Part shown: one piece after another, positions 45,213 through 54,686 of the stretch
Layout: each line of letters begins with the position of its first letter
Numbering within the stretch: the first letter of the stretch is position 1
IMG/VR virus record: IMGVR_UViG_3300031555_002578
Direction: 5' to 3' (one strand)
DNA from: a virus
Taxonomy: Duplodnaviria; Caudoviricetes
DNA: 64,000 bases
Notes under the pieces: model-generated
Seen by the model: the letters and a program-made list of their open reading frames with translations, nothing else
What the model was told of the DNA's origin: nothing
Database searches by the model: none
Position numbers and translations under genes: made by a program

Positions 45213-45726
45213 TGTTGTAAACAGATTATTCAGTACCTTCAACTGTGGTTACATGACTATGTATGAACCAGAATCTAAAAACCAACAACCAGAAATCGTT
45301 TCTACATTTAAGGTGACAGCCTATATAATATACTTCGATTTCCATTTTCGCTTTCACCTCTGTCACGATGAAAACTGAACGACTGTAATAATGTTAATAT
45401 CTTGAATCTCAAATAGGCAGAAAAAATACAAGATATTTAGATTACAGTATGATAGTTCAATAAAAGAGAATAGCATATATTGCACTATCGTTGTTTGTAC
45501 CAACCATCCACACAGATACAAACTTGTCCATCTTCCATAATTATGGACTTCCCACATTGTTAAAGTACGCTTAATCGGTTTTGACTTGGCTGAAAACAAT
45601 TCAGAACGATAAGCCAGAATCTAATGTGTGCTTGTGGTATAAGTATGACACATCAGATGTTGTGCAATTAAAACCACACAAACTTCATTGCACTTGTCTT
45701 ACGCATTTATGATGTTATTTACAACA
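45213..45726 (-). ncRNA. Large (~510 nt) multi-helix noncoding RNA
   Basis: 11-bp closing helix TGTTGTAAATA/TGTTTACAACA and at least eight internal stems; lies between tRNA genes. Confidence 0.65.
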
Positions 45727-45761
45727 GAGCAATGGGATTATAAGACATTCCACCCAAGTAG

Positions 45762-45855
45762 CGGCAACGGAGGGATTTGAACCCCCATGTCGGATGCAAA
45801 GCCGACACAACTGATTTCAAGTCAGTGCCGTTATAACCAATTTCGGTACGTTGCC
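45762..45855 (-). tRNA. tRNA-Ser(UGA)
   Basis: ACTGA-CTTGAAA-TCAGT, long variable arm, G73. Confidence 0.93.
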
Positions 45856-45864
45856 ATTATAAAT

Positions 45865-45934
45865 TTGGAGAACTGTGGATTTGAACCACTCTACCCCGTA
45901 AAGGGTGTGCTAACCGTTACACTAACGCTCTCCA
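45865..45934 (-). tRNA. Degenerate tRNA with a shortened anticodon arm
   Basis: GGAGAGC/GTTCTCC acceptor, intact D and T arms; anticodon arm only ACCCT-TTAC-GGGGT. Confidence 0.65.
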
Positions 45935-46071
45935 GATTGTGACTGATTTCTCAGTCACGATACATAGCAACTCTATAACCCTTTATGAACCTAGAAAGGA
46001 ACGTGTAGATATCAATTTAAACCAATTTGTTTACCAGACAAATTTTCGACCAGTATTAAATTGATATCTGA

Positions 46072-46153
46072 TTGGGAAGGAAGGATTTGAACCTTCACAC
46101 ATGTAACCATGCTAGGGTGCTACCCTATGCGTCTGCCATTTCGCCACTTCCCT
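46072..46153 (-). tRNA. tRNA-Leu-like scaffold with a 5-nt anticodon loop
   Basis: GCG/CGC D-stem, TAGGG-TAGCA-CCCTA, variable-arm hairpin, GAAGG-TTCAAAT-CCTTC, A73. Confidence 0.7.
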
Positions 46154-46195
46154 AGATTGTGGCTGAAAATATCAACCACATGTCCTAAGACTAAA

Positions 46196-46278
46196 TCGGG
46201 CTAACGGGAGTTGAACCCGTACTGCTCAAAGCAAATGGATTTTAAGTCCATCGTGTCTGCCTGTTCCACCATAGCCCG
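46196..46278 (-). tRNA. tRNA-Leu(UAA)
   Basis: ATGGA-CTTAAAA-TCCAT, variable arm, A73. Confidence 0.92.
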
Positions 46279-46435
46279 TTATTGCATGATGATTTACTAA
46301 TCTAACTTCCCGTAAAAATGAATGCTTTTGTATGTAAAAAACAAAAATCACATTTTAGATGAAAAGTTATGTATTATGTTTAAAAATTTTGAAAGACGTT
46401 TTGCAGAAGTTTAATCAGCAAATCATCATACTAAA

Positions 46436-46509
46436 TGGGTCTTGAAGGACTTGAACCTTCGACCGACCGCTTATGAGGCGGTTGCTCTGACCATCTAAGC
46501 TAAAGACCC
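46436..46509 (-). tRNA. tRNA with CAU anticodon, Ile2-type
   Basis: ACCGC-CTCATAA-GCGGT; body resembles Firmicutes tRNA-Ile2 rather than the initiator. Confidence 0.85.
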
Positions 46510-46512
46510 TTA

Positions 46513-46832
46513 TGGGGTGATAGTTTTACCAAGATAGTTACAGATTGCTACTCTCCTAACTATCCGTTACTCCAACTAACAAGGATGCACATTATATGTA
46601 TAACCCCACGCAGGACAGCATTTCCCTACTTCCACACTTTCGCAGTGGCATTGCGTCTAGCATCTGATAACTTTCAATCACTTTCAAACTACTTACGTTC
46701 TCCTTGGTTCGTTTGATTGTAATTACAAACATGGCAGTCAACATAACCATTACTAGATTAAAGCGTTATCCTTTCGGACGAGTGAACTACCCACTCCTAT
46801 GAACCTAGCCGTTAGTTCTTTCCTAACAGTCA
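46513..46832 (-). ncRNA. ~320-nt structured RNA at the head of the cluster
   Basis: Stems CTGTTAG/CTAACGG, GAGTG/CACTC, GTCC-GAAA-GGAT, CCAC..GAAA..GTGG, GATAGTTA/TAACTATC, TGGGGT/ACCCCA; GC higher than coding DNA. Confidence 0.55.
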
Positions 46833-46895
46833 GAGGATATACATTTTATTAAGTTTTTGTTATTTAAATAAGGAATTTTTGTGGAAAACACCACA

Positions 46896-46924
46896 TTGAC
46901 ATGAGAAGAAAAAATATGTAAAAT
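46896..46924 (+). promoter_or_regulatory. Plus-strand sigma-A promoter
   Basis: TTGACA-17 nt-TAAAAT. Confidence 0.7.
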
Positions 46925-46989
46925 AAAAGAGCAGGTGTATCCTGTATATTATAAGATTCTTTTCAGTGTCTTGTAATGTTTTTGGTTTC

Positions 46990-47037
46990 GACCTCACTAC
47001 AAACTTTGCCGAGCCAGTAGTGAGGTCTTTTCTTATT
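46990..47037 (+). terminator. Plus-strand intrinsic terminator
   Basis: GACCTCACTAC/GTAGTGAGGTC 11-bp stem followed by TTTTCTTATTT. Confidence 0.75.
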
Positions 47038-47046
47038 TACATCCTT

Positions 47047-47075
47047 ATTATACCAAACATACATTCGTTTGTCAA
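47047..47075 (-). promoter_or_regulatory. Consensus sigma-A promoter driving the RNA cluster
   Basis: TTGACA-17 nt-TATAAT with TGn extension and A-rich upstream element. Confidence 0.85.
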
Positions 47076-47118
47076 GTATTTTTTTGGATTTTTTACGAAC
47101 ATTTGTTTGTTTTCCATT

Positions 47119-47448
47119 TTATTCATCTATTGCTTCTTTTTGTGCAAAAGTAATACAGTGAATAAAATTCGGTTCTTTCAAAACATTCATAAGTTCCATT
47201 CTTCCAAAAAAGGAATGGTTTTCGTAATCAATGGATTTCGCTTTTTCAATCAGTTTATATCCATCAAACTTTTTCATCCATTCTGTATTCCCACTGGTAT
47301 GTGTTTCTACATTAATAATAGTTACACAAATATTATCAGAAGGGGATTCATCTATTAACCTTTTTGCTTCTTTTTTAGAAACATACTTGGTAACGACTGT
47401 ACGATTGTATTTTCTTTTGCTTTCTCTCATCGTAACACTTCCTTCCAA
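47119..47448 (-). CDS. Hypothetical protein coupled to the MazF-like gene
   Basis: Overlaps the upstream stop; GGAAGG RBS. Confidence 0.7.
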   Translation of the reverse strand: MEGSVTMRESKRKYNRTVVTKYVSKKEAKRLIDESPSDNICVTIINVETHTSGNTEWMKKFDGYKLIEKAKSIDYENHSFFGRMELMNVLKEPNFIHCITFAQKEAIDE

Positions 47449-47810
47449 TTAATTTTTTCACCATAGAAGAACGATAAATAACATACTTTATTTACTTTAT
47501 TTTTCTGATTTGGGTTTGTAATTACTCCCAATTTTCTTACAACTTCACTTTTGCATATAGTAGTTAGTTGTTCACCAAGAAGCATCGAATAGTATTCTAG
47601 CCCATTTTCTGTCTCTACATCAAGACATTCATGTGTTGGTAAATATTCTTTTTTAATGACATGAGTTAGAGGAACTACTGTTACTACTTCTGCACTTGAA
47701 GTACCACGTTCATTACTTACAATTATACATGGTCTTCTTTTGCTTTGCACAGAACCAGTGGCATTTCTATTTTCAACTTCTATTACATCGTATCTATGAA
47801 ACTCCATCAT
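47427..47810 (-). CDS. PemK/MazF-family endoribonuclease-like protein
   Basis: GSVQSKRRPCIIVSN, VVPLT, LPTH, EQLTTICK. Confidence 0.88.
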   Translation of the reverse strand: MMEFHRYDVIEVENRNATGSVQSKRRPCIIVSNERGTSSAEVVTVVPLTHVIKKEYLPTHECLDVETENGLEYYSMLLGEQLTTICKSEVVRKLGVITNPNQKNKVNKVCYLSFFYGEKINWKEVLR

Positions 47811-47883
47811 ACTGTTCCCCCTTCCCTATACAATTTTCTTGCTGGCTAATAAGTAACTGCTTAGTCACTTATCATCTGTCTAT

Positions 47884-47993
47884 ATAATACCATATTTACC
47901 ATAATAATGCAAGTTTTATTTTATATTTTTCAGGTAAATTTTATACAAAAAATCAAATACAAACTTGATTAAAACTATTAAAAATGATATAAT
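47884..47993. promoter_or_regulatory. Divergent sigma-A promoters between the MazF-like and XRE genes
   Basis: Minus: TTGCAT(47912)-17-TATTAT(47884); plus: TTGATT(47965)-17-TATAAT(47993); both with TGn. Confidence 0.7.
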
Positions 47994-48035
47994 TCAAATA
48001 TAGTGAGTGGAAATGAATTCCAAGGAGGTGTTTCT

Positions 48036-48269
48036 GTGAAGTTTACCAACGCAGAAGAACTTTATATTTATTTCAGACAGATTATGCTCTATGAAAGAAT
48101 AACTGTCAAAGACCTTGCCAACAGAATGAATAAGTCTCAAAGTGCTGTATCTATGGCTTTTAAGCAAAAGAATTGCACCACAGATACATTGCGTGAAATG
48201 GCAGAAGCCATTGGTTATGACCTTATTATTGATTTTGTTCCAAAGCAAGATAAGGAGAAAACTGGTTAA
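48036..48269 (+). CDS. XRE-family HTH regulator (only credible plus-strand protein gene)
   Basis: AAGGAGGTG RBS before GTG 48036; ITVKDLANRMNKSQSAVS HTH; hairpin at the stop (48252-48282). Confidence 0.85.
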   Translation: MKFTNAEELYIYFRQIMLYERITVKDLANRMNKSQSAVSMAFKQKNCTTDTLREMAEAIGYDLIIDFVPKQDKEKTG

Positions 48270-48347
48270 TCCAGTTTCTCTTACATAATATACTTCGATA
48301 TAATCTCCTACATTTCTCTCTATATTATAAAAGGACTGATAATCAAA

Positions 48348-51300
48348 TCAGTCCTTTTTATATTTTCCTATTAAATATTGTGTTATTAAATTTATATATT
48401 CATCAAACTCTAAGTGACCATCAAATAAATCAGAATGTTCAGTTCTGTGATATCCATTCCAACAATGTTCTGCACCACAATTTTCAAAACAGAACTTATC
48501 TCCATTGTTTAAATTACAACAACGCATACAATCTGGTTCTTCATGGTCTGCATTATATATAATTAATCCCATAATTATTCACCTACAATTATATCAATGC
48601 AGTTATTCCAACCATCCTCATAATCTCCCCATTGAAGTTTAATAGAAAGGTTTCCCTCCATCTTTTTGGGAAGTTCTCTTAAAGGACATCTATCCATTTT
48701 TCTTTCTCGTGTTCTAAAATTATAGCCTCTAACTTCTTGTGTAAAACGGCACATAGGATAGTCTCCACTATCATCTAACATAAAACATTTATCACAGCAT
48801 TCAGGCATATCCATAACTAAAACTGCTTTCATCTGTATCACCTACTCAAAACTGATTAATAAACTCTTTAAACTGTTCAAATTCTTCTTTATTCATAATA
48901 AGTTCAGAATAATAATAATCTTTACCTCTTAAAATATGCCAAATTTTCTTTAATCTCCAAAACAAACCATACTGATTAATATTCCACTGAGTATCCATAA
49001 GATGTTCAAAACAATAAAAATCTTCATCTTCTTTGTCAATATGGATAGATACTCCTTCCATACAACCACAACCACAAGTAATTACACATTCATTCTTTTC
49101 TTTATTTAAAAATATCATAATTCATCCTTCTCTCTACCACACATATATACACCATAAACAAAATCTATTAATAAAGATATACTAACATTAATAGTCAATA
49201 CAATTAAAACGATTAAAATTGGCACATGCCATAATGGAACTGTTGTATTTTCATATCTAATAGTAATACATATCATGTATAATATCATTAAAAAAGGAAC
49301 AAATATTAATATTTTATTTATCATAAATATCACTTACCTTTTCCCATCAATATATTGCTGAAATGTAATATTTTTTGTATTTTCAATTATATCACTTCTT
49401 CCTGCCACAAAATTTCCTAATTCTGTAATAAAGTGATTAATCCACCACAAATTCATTCTATATTTGGTATTGCACACACAATATAAAATATAATGGTTAG
49501 CATCATAAATTCCTTCACGATAAGAAGATTCTTTTATTAAATCAATTTCATTTTTAGTTAATTCATATACTTTTTGTGTTGTCGTAATATCTATTTCTTT
49601 TTCTTTCATAAATTATCCTCGATTTAATTGCTTAACTTTTTCTCTACATTCCAACATTCGTTCAAAACTAAAAGCATCGATATGACCATACTGGCATAAA
49701 TCTTTACACATAATCAAATCTGCATATAATGCGTAAAATCTTGCTTTCACATCTTTTTCTTTTTGTGCTTCATAAAAAATGTTGGAAAGTTCAACAAGTT
49801 CAGATGAATTTAATGTAACAACAACTTCTTGCGTTGTTTTGTCGATTCTTAATACTTCCATTTAATCACCTCTTATATTCAATCCATTTATCTGAATCTT
49901 TAAATTTTACTCTAATCTTTAAAGGCAATCCATCTTGTACACTATTAATTGATTTATAAACTCCAACAATAGTTGCAGTTTCCAATACTTTGTGTTTATG
50001 TTCACACTCTAATGCCTTTTCTTTATCTGCATAATCTGTATTACAATATTCACAAGTATATAAAGTTTTTTGTTTCATAATATCAACTCCAACCAAATGA
50101 CACTTTTATTGGCATTTTAAAACCATTTCAAACCCCAAATTACGCCAAAAACTTTTTGACTTTTCGATAAATTCACTTAATGTAATTTCGTGATATTCAT
50201 AATCATAACGAGAAATTGCAATCATTTCTGGATAAGTGTCAATTTTATGTTTGAATCTTCCAATATGAATACCATAATAATTACATATCTTTTCTAATTC
50301 TTCCTCATTATTTACTCTATACCATGTTGTAGTTGTCTCATCTTCAATTTCTTCAATGTCATCAACAATATAAGGTGGAAATACATTTCCTGCCACTTTC
50401 AATTTATCAACTTCTACTTTTTTACGATTACGTTCCAAATCTCTTTCATATTGTTTACATGAACCTTCATGAGTAAATTCCTTACCATCTTCCGCAATAT
50501 AAATAGTCATCTCTTTTGTAACCGTTTCTGTTCTTGTTTTCATATAATCACCTTCACATTTATTTCATAAACCAACGTTCTTTTTCGTTGTCTTTCATTG
50601 TCAACACAGAATCTTCTTTTATATCTTCGTTCCACTGTAATAATTCTAACATATCACCATTTTGTTCAATGTTATTTGCCTGTTCCAAATGATTAATAAT
50701 AAAATCAATTTGAGCATCAGTTAATAAATTAACTTCTCTTGTTCCATCCTGATTAATTAAAAAGAATCTATATCGTGCATTTCTGGCATAGAAAATAACA
50801 TATCCTTTTTCATACAGAAAATCTTCTGCGAAAATGCCATTGAAAAATTCTTCTCCATAAACTTCAAGAACTATATCCAACGCACATTCCGTATGAGCAA
50901 ACATTGGACATGATGTATATGTACCATCAGGTGCTAAAAATCCACAAAGCATATTATCACCTCATTTATCTACATATAAACTTCCATCTACATTTAATCT
51001 AGGAGTAATTGTGACACCCCCACCATGAAATACATCGTTATTAACAACAATATAATGAACACCAGTATCTTCATCTAAAAGAACCATTGTTTCAACTGTT
51101 CCATAATCGTTTTTATCCCATAATGTAAAAGGATATTTTTTCTGTTCCGCAATTACTTCACTCACTGGAGAACACGCACCTACCATAAATGCCAGTGCCA
51201 AAGCACTTGCTGTTAAAAATTTCTTCATATAATCACCTCTACTATCATTCTTACCAAAATCTAAGTGTTGCCTTGTCTTTATGGCTCATCATTCCCTCCA

Positions 51301-52141
51301 TAGTAATTAAATTATCAACAATCCAGAAATCTCTCCCATCACCATAGTTATTTTGTTTGAGATGTTCAATAAGTTCCCTTACTTCTTTTTTAGTTAAATC
51401 ATAAGAGGAATTTTCACATGGAGTAGCATTTAATTTATGAATAAGAAAGATAATAATATAATCAAAAAAATAACATGCTGTAAATTTATACTGTTTTGTT
51501 TCAATTGTTAAATCCACAATATCACTTCCTCATAAATCACGAATTTCATCAATACAACTTCCTTCCACAAGTGGGACAATAATACACAGTGAATTCATCT
51601 TTGTGATTATCGTCCACACCAAGTTTCCAATTCTTTCCTGTAGTGTCGCAACGCAGAACCATTTTACCTACGCCAATTCTACCTTCCAGTTTTGCAGTTC
51701 CGTTAACCAGAACAGTTTCAAATTTTTTATGATTACATGTGCTACACATTATTCTTCCACCTTCTCAATCTTAGGTAACTCTCCATACACTGCAAACGGT
51801 TTCCGTTCATCATTTCCAACATAATACCTTAACACCTGATGGATATTCCATGCCATGTTAGATTCTGTATCATGACCAATTCCATAAGTGTGTAATTTTC
51901 CTTGCAATTTAGGAAAGATAAATTCTCTTGCTTCGTACATTTTATTTTCCGCTTTATCTCTACGGTCTAACCAATCATGAAATTCTTCATCAGACATTTT
52001 CTCTGTTCTTCCGATAAATTCCTTATCCATACAGAATTCCACAATTCTATCAAACTGTCCAAGTCCAATCCTACAATATAAATCACAAGCGTTAGATACG
52101 AGTTTTGCCTGTTCTTCTGTAAGTTCCAGTTTGTATTTCAT
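48348..52141 (-). CDS. Cluster of 13 small hypothetical genes; 50962-51228 is a lipoprotein
   Basis: Tightly packed ORFs with GAGGTG/AGGTGA RBSs; lipobox VGAC in 50962-51228. Confidence 0.7.
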
Positions 52142-52142
52142 T

Positions 52143-52838
52143 TCAACACCATTCCTTTAACTTTTGAAATAATTCAATTCCAATATCACACAAATCATAA
52201 GCAGAAGTTTCTCCATATTTTTTAATTACAAACTTACAAGATGTTGCTCTACTATCTAATTCTGTACATACATTAAACAATTCCTCAATTATATGATTAG
52301 GTCTTAATTTAATATATTTTGTAGGTACATAATCTGTTAGCCATACACCATTTTCAGACTGATAGAACTCATATCCATCATCGTACATTTCTTCTGCTTT
52401 AACAGAATAAATACAAGCATCTCCATGTCTTTCTCCCACTGTCATAGCCTGTACAATTCCAGTAGACAAATGAACAAACTGTCTTTCCATTTTCATGATT
52501 CCTTTTTCATTAATAGAATCAATATTTTTAGTTGCAGTTCCATGATATAGAATCATTGGTGGTTTCTGACTTTCAAATCCCATATCTACATCAATAGAAT
52601 GACCTTGATTTGCTCTAATTCTGGTCTTGTCTGCATTAAAGGAATATCTTTTCTTTGCATCTGTATTTACAATTTCTTCCAGAATTTCCATGTCAATGTA
52701 AAATCCATTCTTGTTAACACCTTCAATTAGTTTTTTGACACTCACCCATCCACCTTTTGCCATATTTACATAGGCTTCTTCTGGTTTATGTCTTAAAATA
52801 TAACTTAGATAAATACTCAATTTATCATACTGTCCCAT
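52143..52838 (-). CDS. kptA: RNA 2'-phosphotransferase (Tpt1/KptA family)
   Basis: LSYILRH, KKRY, IRANQGHS, LYHGT, RQFVHLS, NGVWLT. Confidence 0.95.
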   Translation of the reverse strand: MGQYDKLSIYLSYILRHKPEEAYVNMAKGGWVSVKKLIEGVNKNGFYIDMEILEEIVNTDAKKRYSFNADKTRIRANQGHSIDVDMGFESQKPPMILYHGTATKNIDSINEKGIMKMERQFVHLSTGIVQAMTVGERHGDACIYSVKAEEMYDDGYEFYQSENGVWLTDYVPTKYIKLRPNHIIEELFNVCTELDSRATSCKFVIKKYGETSAYDLCDIGIELFQKLKEWC

Positions 52839-53491
52839 TATTCATCACCTTTAAACCATTTACTAATAAATTCAATCTCTGTATCTGTGTAATTATAATC
52901 TTTCTGGAAAGTTCCTTCATTCCAAAGTTTTTCACTGCTATCTACACCATAACCAAATACACATTCATACTTTTTGCCATTGTATTCCCAAGTAGTAAGT
53001 TGCTTTCCATTATATCTAAGCATGGATTTATCTTTTAGATTTCTTCTATGTTTTTTAATCCATCTGTCTTTCAGCAATCTTGCTTTTCTGATTCCATAGC
53101 GTTCTGTCCACCATTCAAATTCCCAATCTTCAACAGCATTATCTTCAATCAACCATTTAGGCATATACATTTTCTTATCAATATGCTCTACTGTAATAGT
53201 AGGGAATCCATCAAATATCATCGTTTCCTTTGCAAAATTTGTTATCCTATGAATACCAAGATACACTCCCTTACTAATCACAGCAAAAGATTCTTTATAA
53301 AATACAACAAGAAAATTATCATCACCTGCATAAACATAATAATTTCCATCAATGTCATACCATTTATCTGTTTCTGGATAATACGCTTTTTCACATACAT
53401 ATCCAGTATCGGAACACTCCATAAACAGTTCTTCTTTATTTACAATCTTTCCATCTACTCTAAGAATAGCACCATAATCAATCATTGCCAT
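52838..53491 (-). CDS. Hypothetical protein
   Basis: 217-aa ORF coupled to kptA. Confidence 0.75.
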   Translation of the reverse strand: MAMIDYGAILRVDGKIVNKEELFMECSDTGYVCEKAYYPETDKWYDIDGNYYVYAGDDNFLVVFYKESFAVISKGVYLGIHRITNFAKETMIFDGFPTITVEHIDKKMYMPKWLIEDNAVEDWEFEWWTERYGIRKARLLKDRWIKKHRRNLKDKSMLRYNGKQLTTWEYNGKKYECVFGYGVDSSEKLWNEGTFQKDYNYTDTEIEFISKWFKGDE

Positions 53492-53635
53492 TATCTTTCA
53501 CCTCGTTTAATTTGATTACTAATTTTCAAAGCAATACTTTCCAACTGACTTTTCTGTTTGCCAGTCAAACTAAGTTCCTCATAATGCTTCATAATTTCTT
53601 CCAGAACCATTAAATATAATCCTCTGTCCATTAAA

Positions 53636-54619
53636 TCACACCATTCTTTTCTCTGCAAAACTAATCATTTCATTTAATCCATCAAATTTATCAGTTCCAT
53701 TCTTTGCCATATCCCAAGTCCTACTCAAAATTTCTCTGAAATCTTCTGCTTTAAATCTTACTGTTGGTCTATGGTCAAATTCCATCTTTTTGCCATTTCT
53801 CATTCCAATCATGTAATTAGAATAATCTTCATTATATTTATCAATCTTTCTATCAATCTCACCAATGTAAATCTTAGTGATTTCCTCTGATGAATGACCT
53901 AAAATTGTCTGAATTACTTTTAAATTATCTACATCATCTGGATGAAGTTTATAAAGTGTATTTGCATAAAATTTGCGGAAACTATGAGTACTAATGTCAC
54001 CTCTGATTTTTGTTTCCATCACTGCTTCTTTTAATGCTTTTCTAAGTGCAGCATCACCTGTATCGAATATGTTTCTATTGTAGTTTTCCAATACATTGAT
54101 TCCAAAATGTTCAATATATTCATTTACTACAGACTGTGCCAGTGCATTGATTCTTACACCAAGGATTTTGCCTGTTTTTTCTTCCTTTAATGTATTCATT
54201 CTATTCTTATAACTTCCATTTTTATTAAACAAGTCACTCCATCTTAGAGATAATGTATCCCCTACTCGTCTACCTAAAGAAGTACAAAGCCAACCTGCTA
54301 ACCAATGATGCCAAAAATCTTTTTCTTTAAAGTAATTTAAAACTTTCTCTAAATCTTCATATGATTCAAATTCATCTACTTTTGTTTTTTCATCTTTCTT
54401 CTTTGTAACAGAACGCAATCTTGTAACAACTAAGTTATTTTCTTCATTTGGTTCTGTATCAATCCAAATTTCCCTTTTATAATTTGTAAAACGAATAACA
54501 TCAGAATCATCTGTTTCCATCAGATAATATCCAACACCATTCATATAATTTTCCAATTCAGTATAAGATAAAGGTTCTTTCATTAAATCTGCTCTATATT
54601 TATCAATCAGTTTTCCCAT
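53636..54619 (-). CDS. Tyrosine recombinase/integrase family protein
   Basis: GRRVGD..L.W, EEKTGK, HSFRK, LGHSS..IT..Y catalytic residues. Confidence 0.9.
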   Translation of the reverse strand: MGKLIDKYRADLMKEPLSYTELENYMNGVGYYLMETDDSDVIRFTNYKREIWIDTEPNEENNLVVTRLRSVTKKKDEKTKVDEFESYEDLEKVLNYFKEKDFWHHWLAGWLCTSLGRRVGDTLSLRWSDLFNKNGSYKNRMNTLKEEKTGKILGVRINALAQSVVNEYIEHFGINVLENYNRNIFDTGDAALRKALKEAVMETKIRGDISTHSFRKFYANTLYKLHPDDVDNLKVIQTILGHSSEEITKIYIGEIDRKIDKYNEDYSNYMIGMRNGKKMEFDHRPTVRFKAEDFREILSRTWDMAKNGTDKFDGLNEMISFAEKRMV

Positions 54620-54660
54620 GTGCGTTCACCTACTTTTATCCTTCTATTCGATTTTCAACT

Positions 54661-54686
54661 AAAAAAGACACCTAATCCAGTGTCTT
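54661..54686 (-). terminator. Intrinsic terminator
   Basis: AAGACAC/GTGTCTT stem plus U tract. Confidence 0.65.

Noticed and set aside
45893-45906. ACGG in the short-armed tRNA as a quadruplet anticodon for the dnaE CCGU site
   Set aside because: The GG is needed for the stem and the arm is 6-7 nt too short to present a normal anticodon loop
46782-46794. GTGGGTAGTTCAC resembling an IS200/IS605 right end or omega-RNA 3' end
   Set aside because: No tnpA/tnpB nearby and no subterminal palindrome; it is explained as a local GAGTG/CACTC hairpin
42719-47358. Short ORFs in the RNA cluster (42719-42988, 42769-42960, 43249-43482, 43770-44027, 45196-45378, 45363-45599, 46966-47358)
   Set aside because: They overlap tRNA or structured RNA elements, lack RBSs and have atypical composition
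53636-54619. Prophage boundary or att site at the tyrosine recombinase
   Set aside because: Phage-like genes continue on both sides and no att-like repeat was seen; it may be a resolvase
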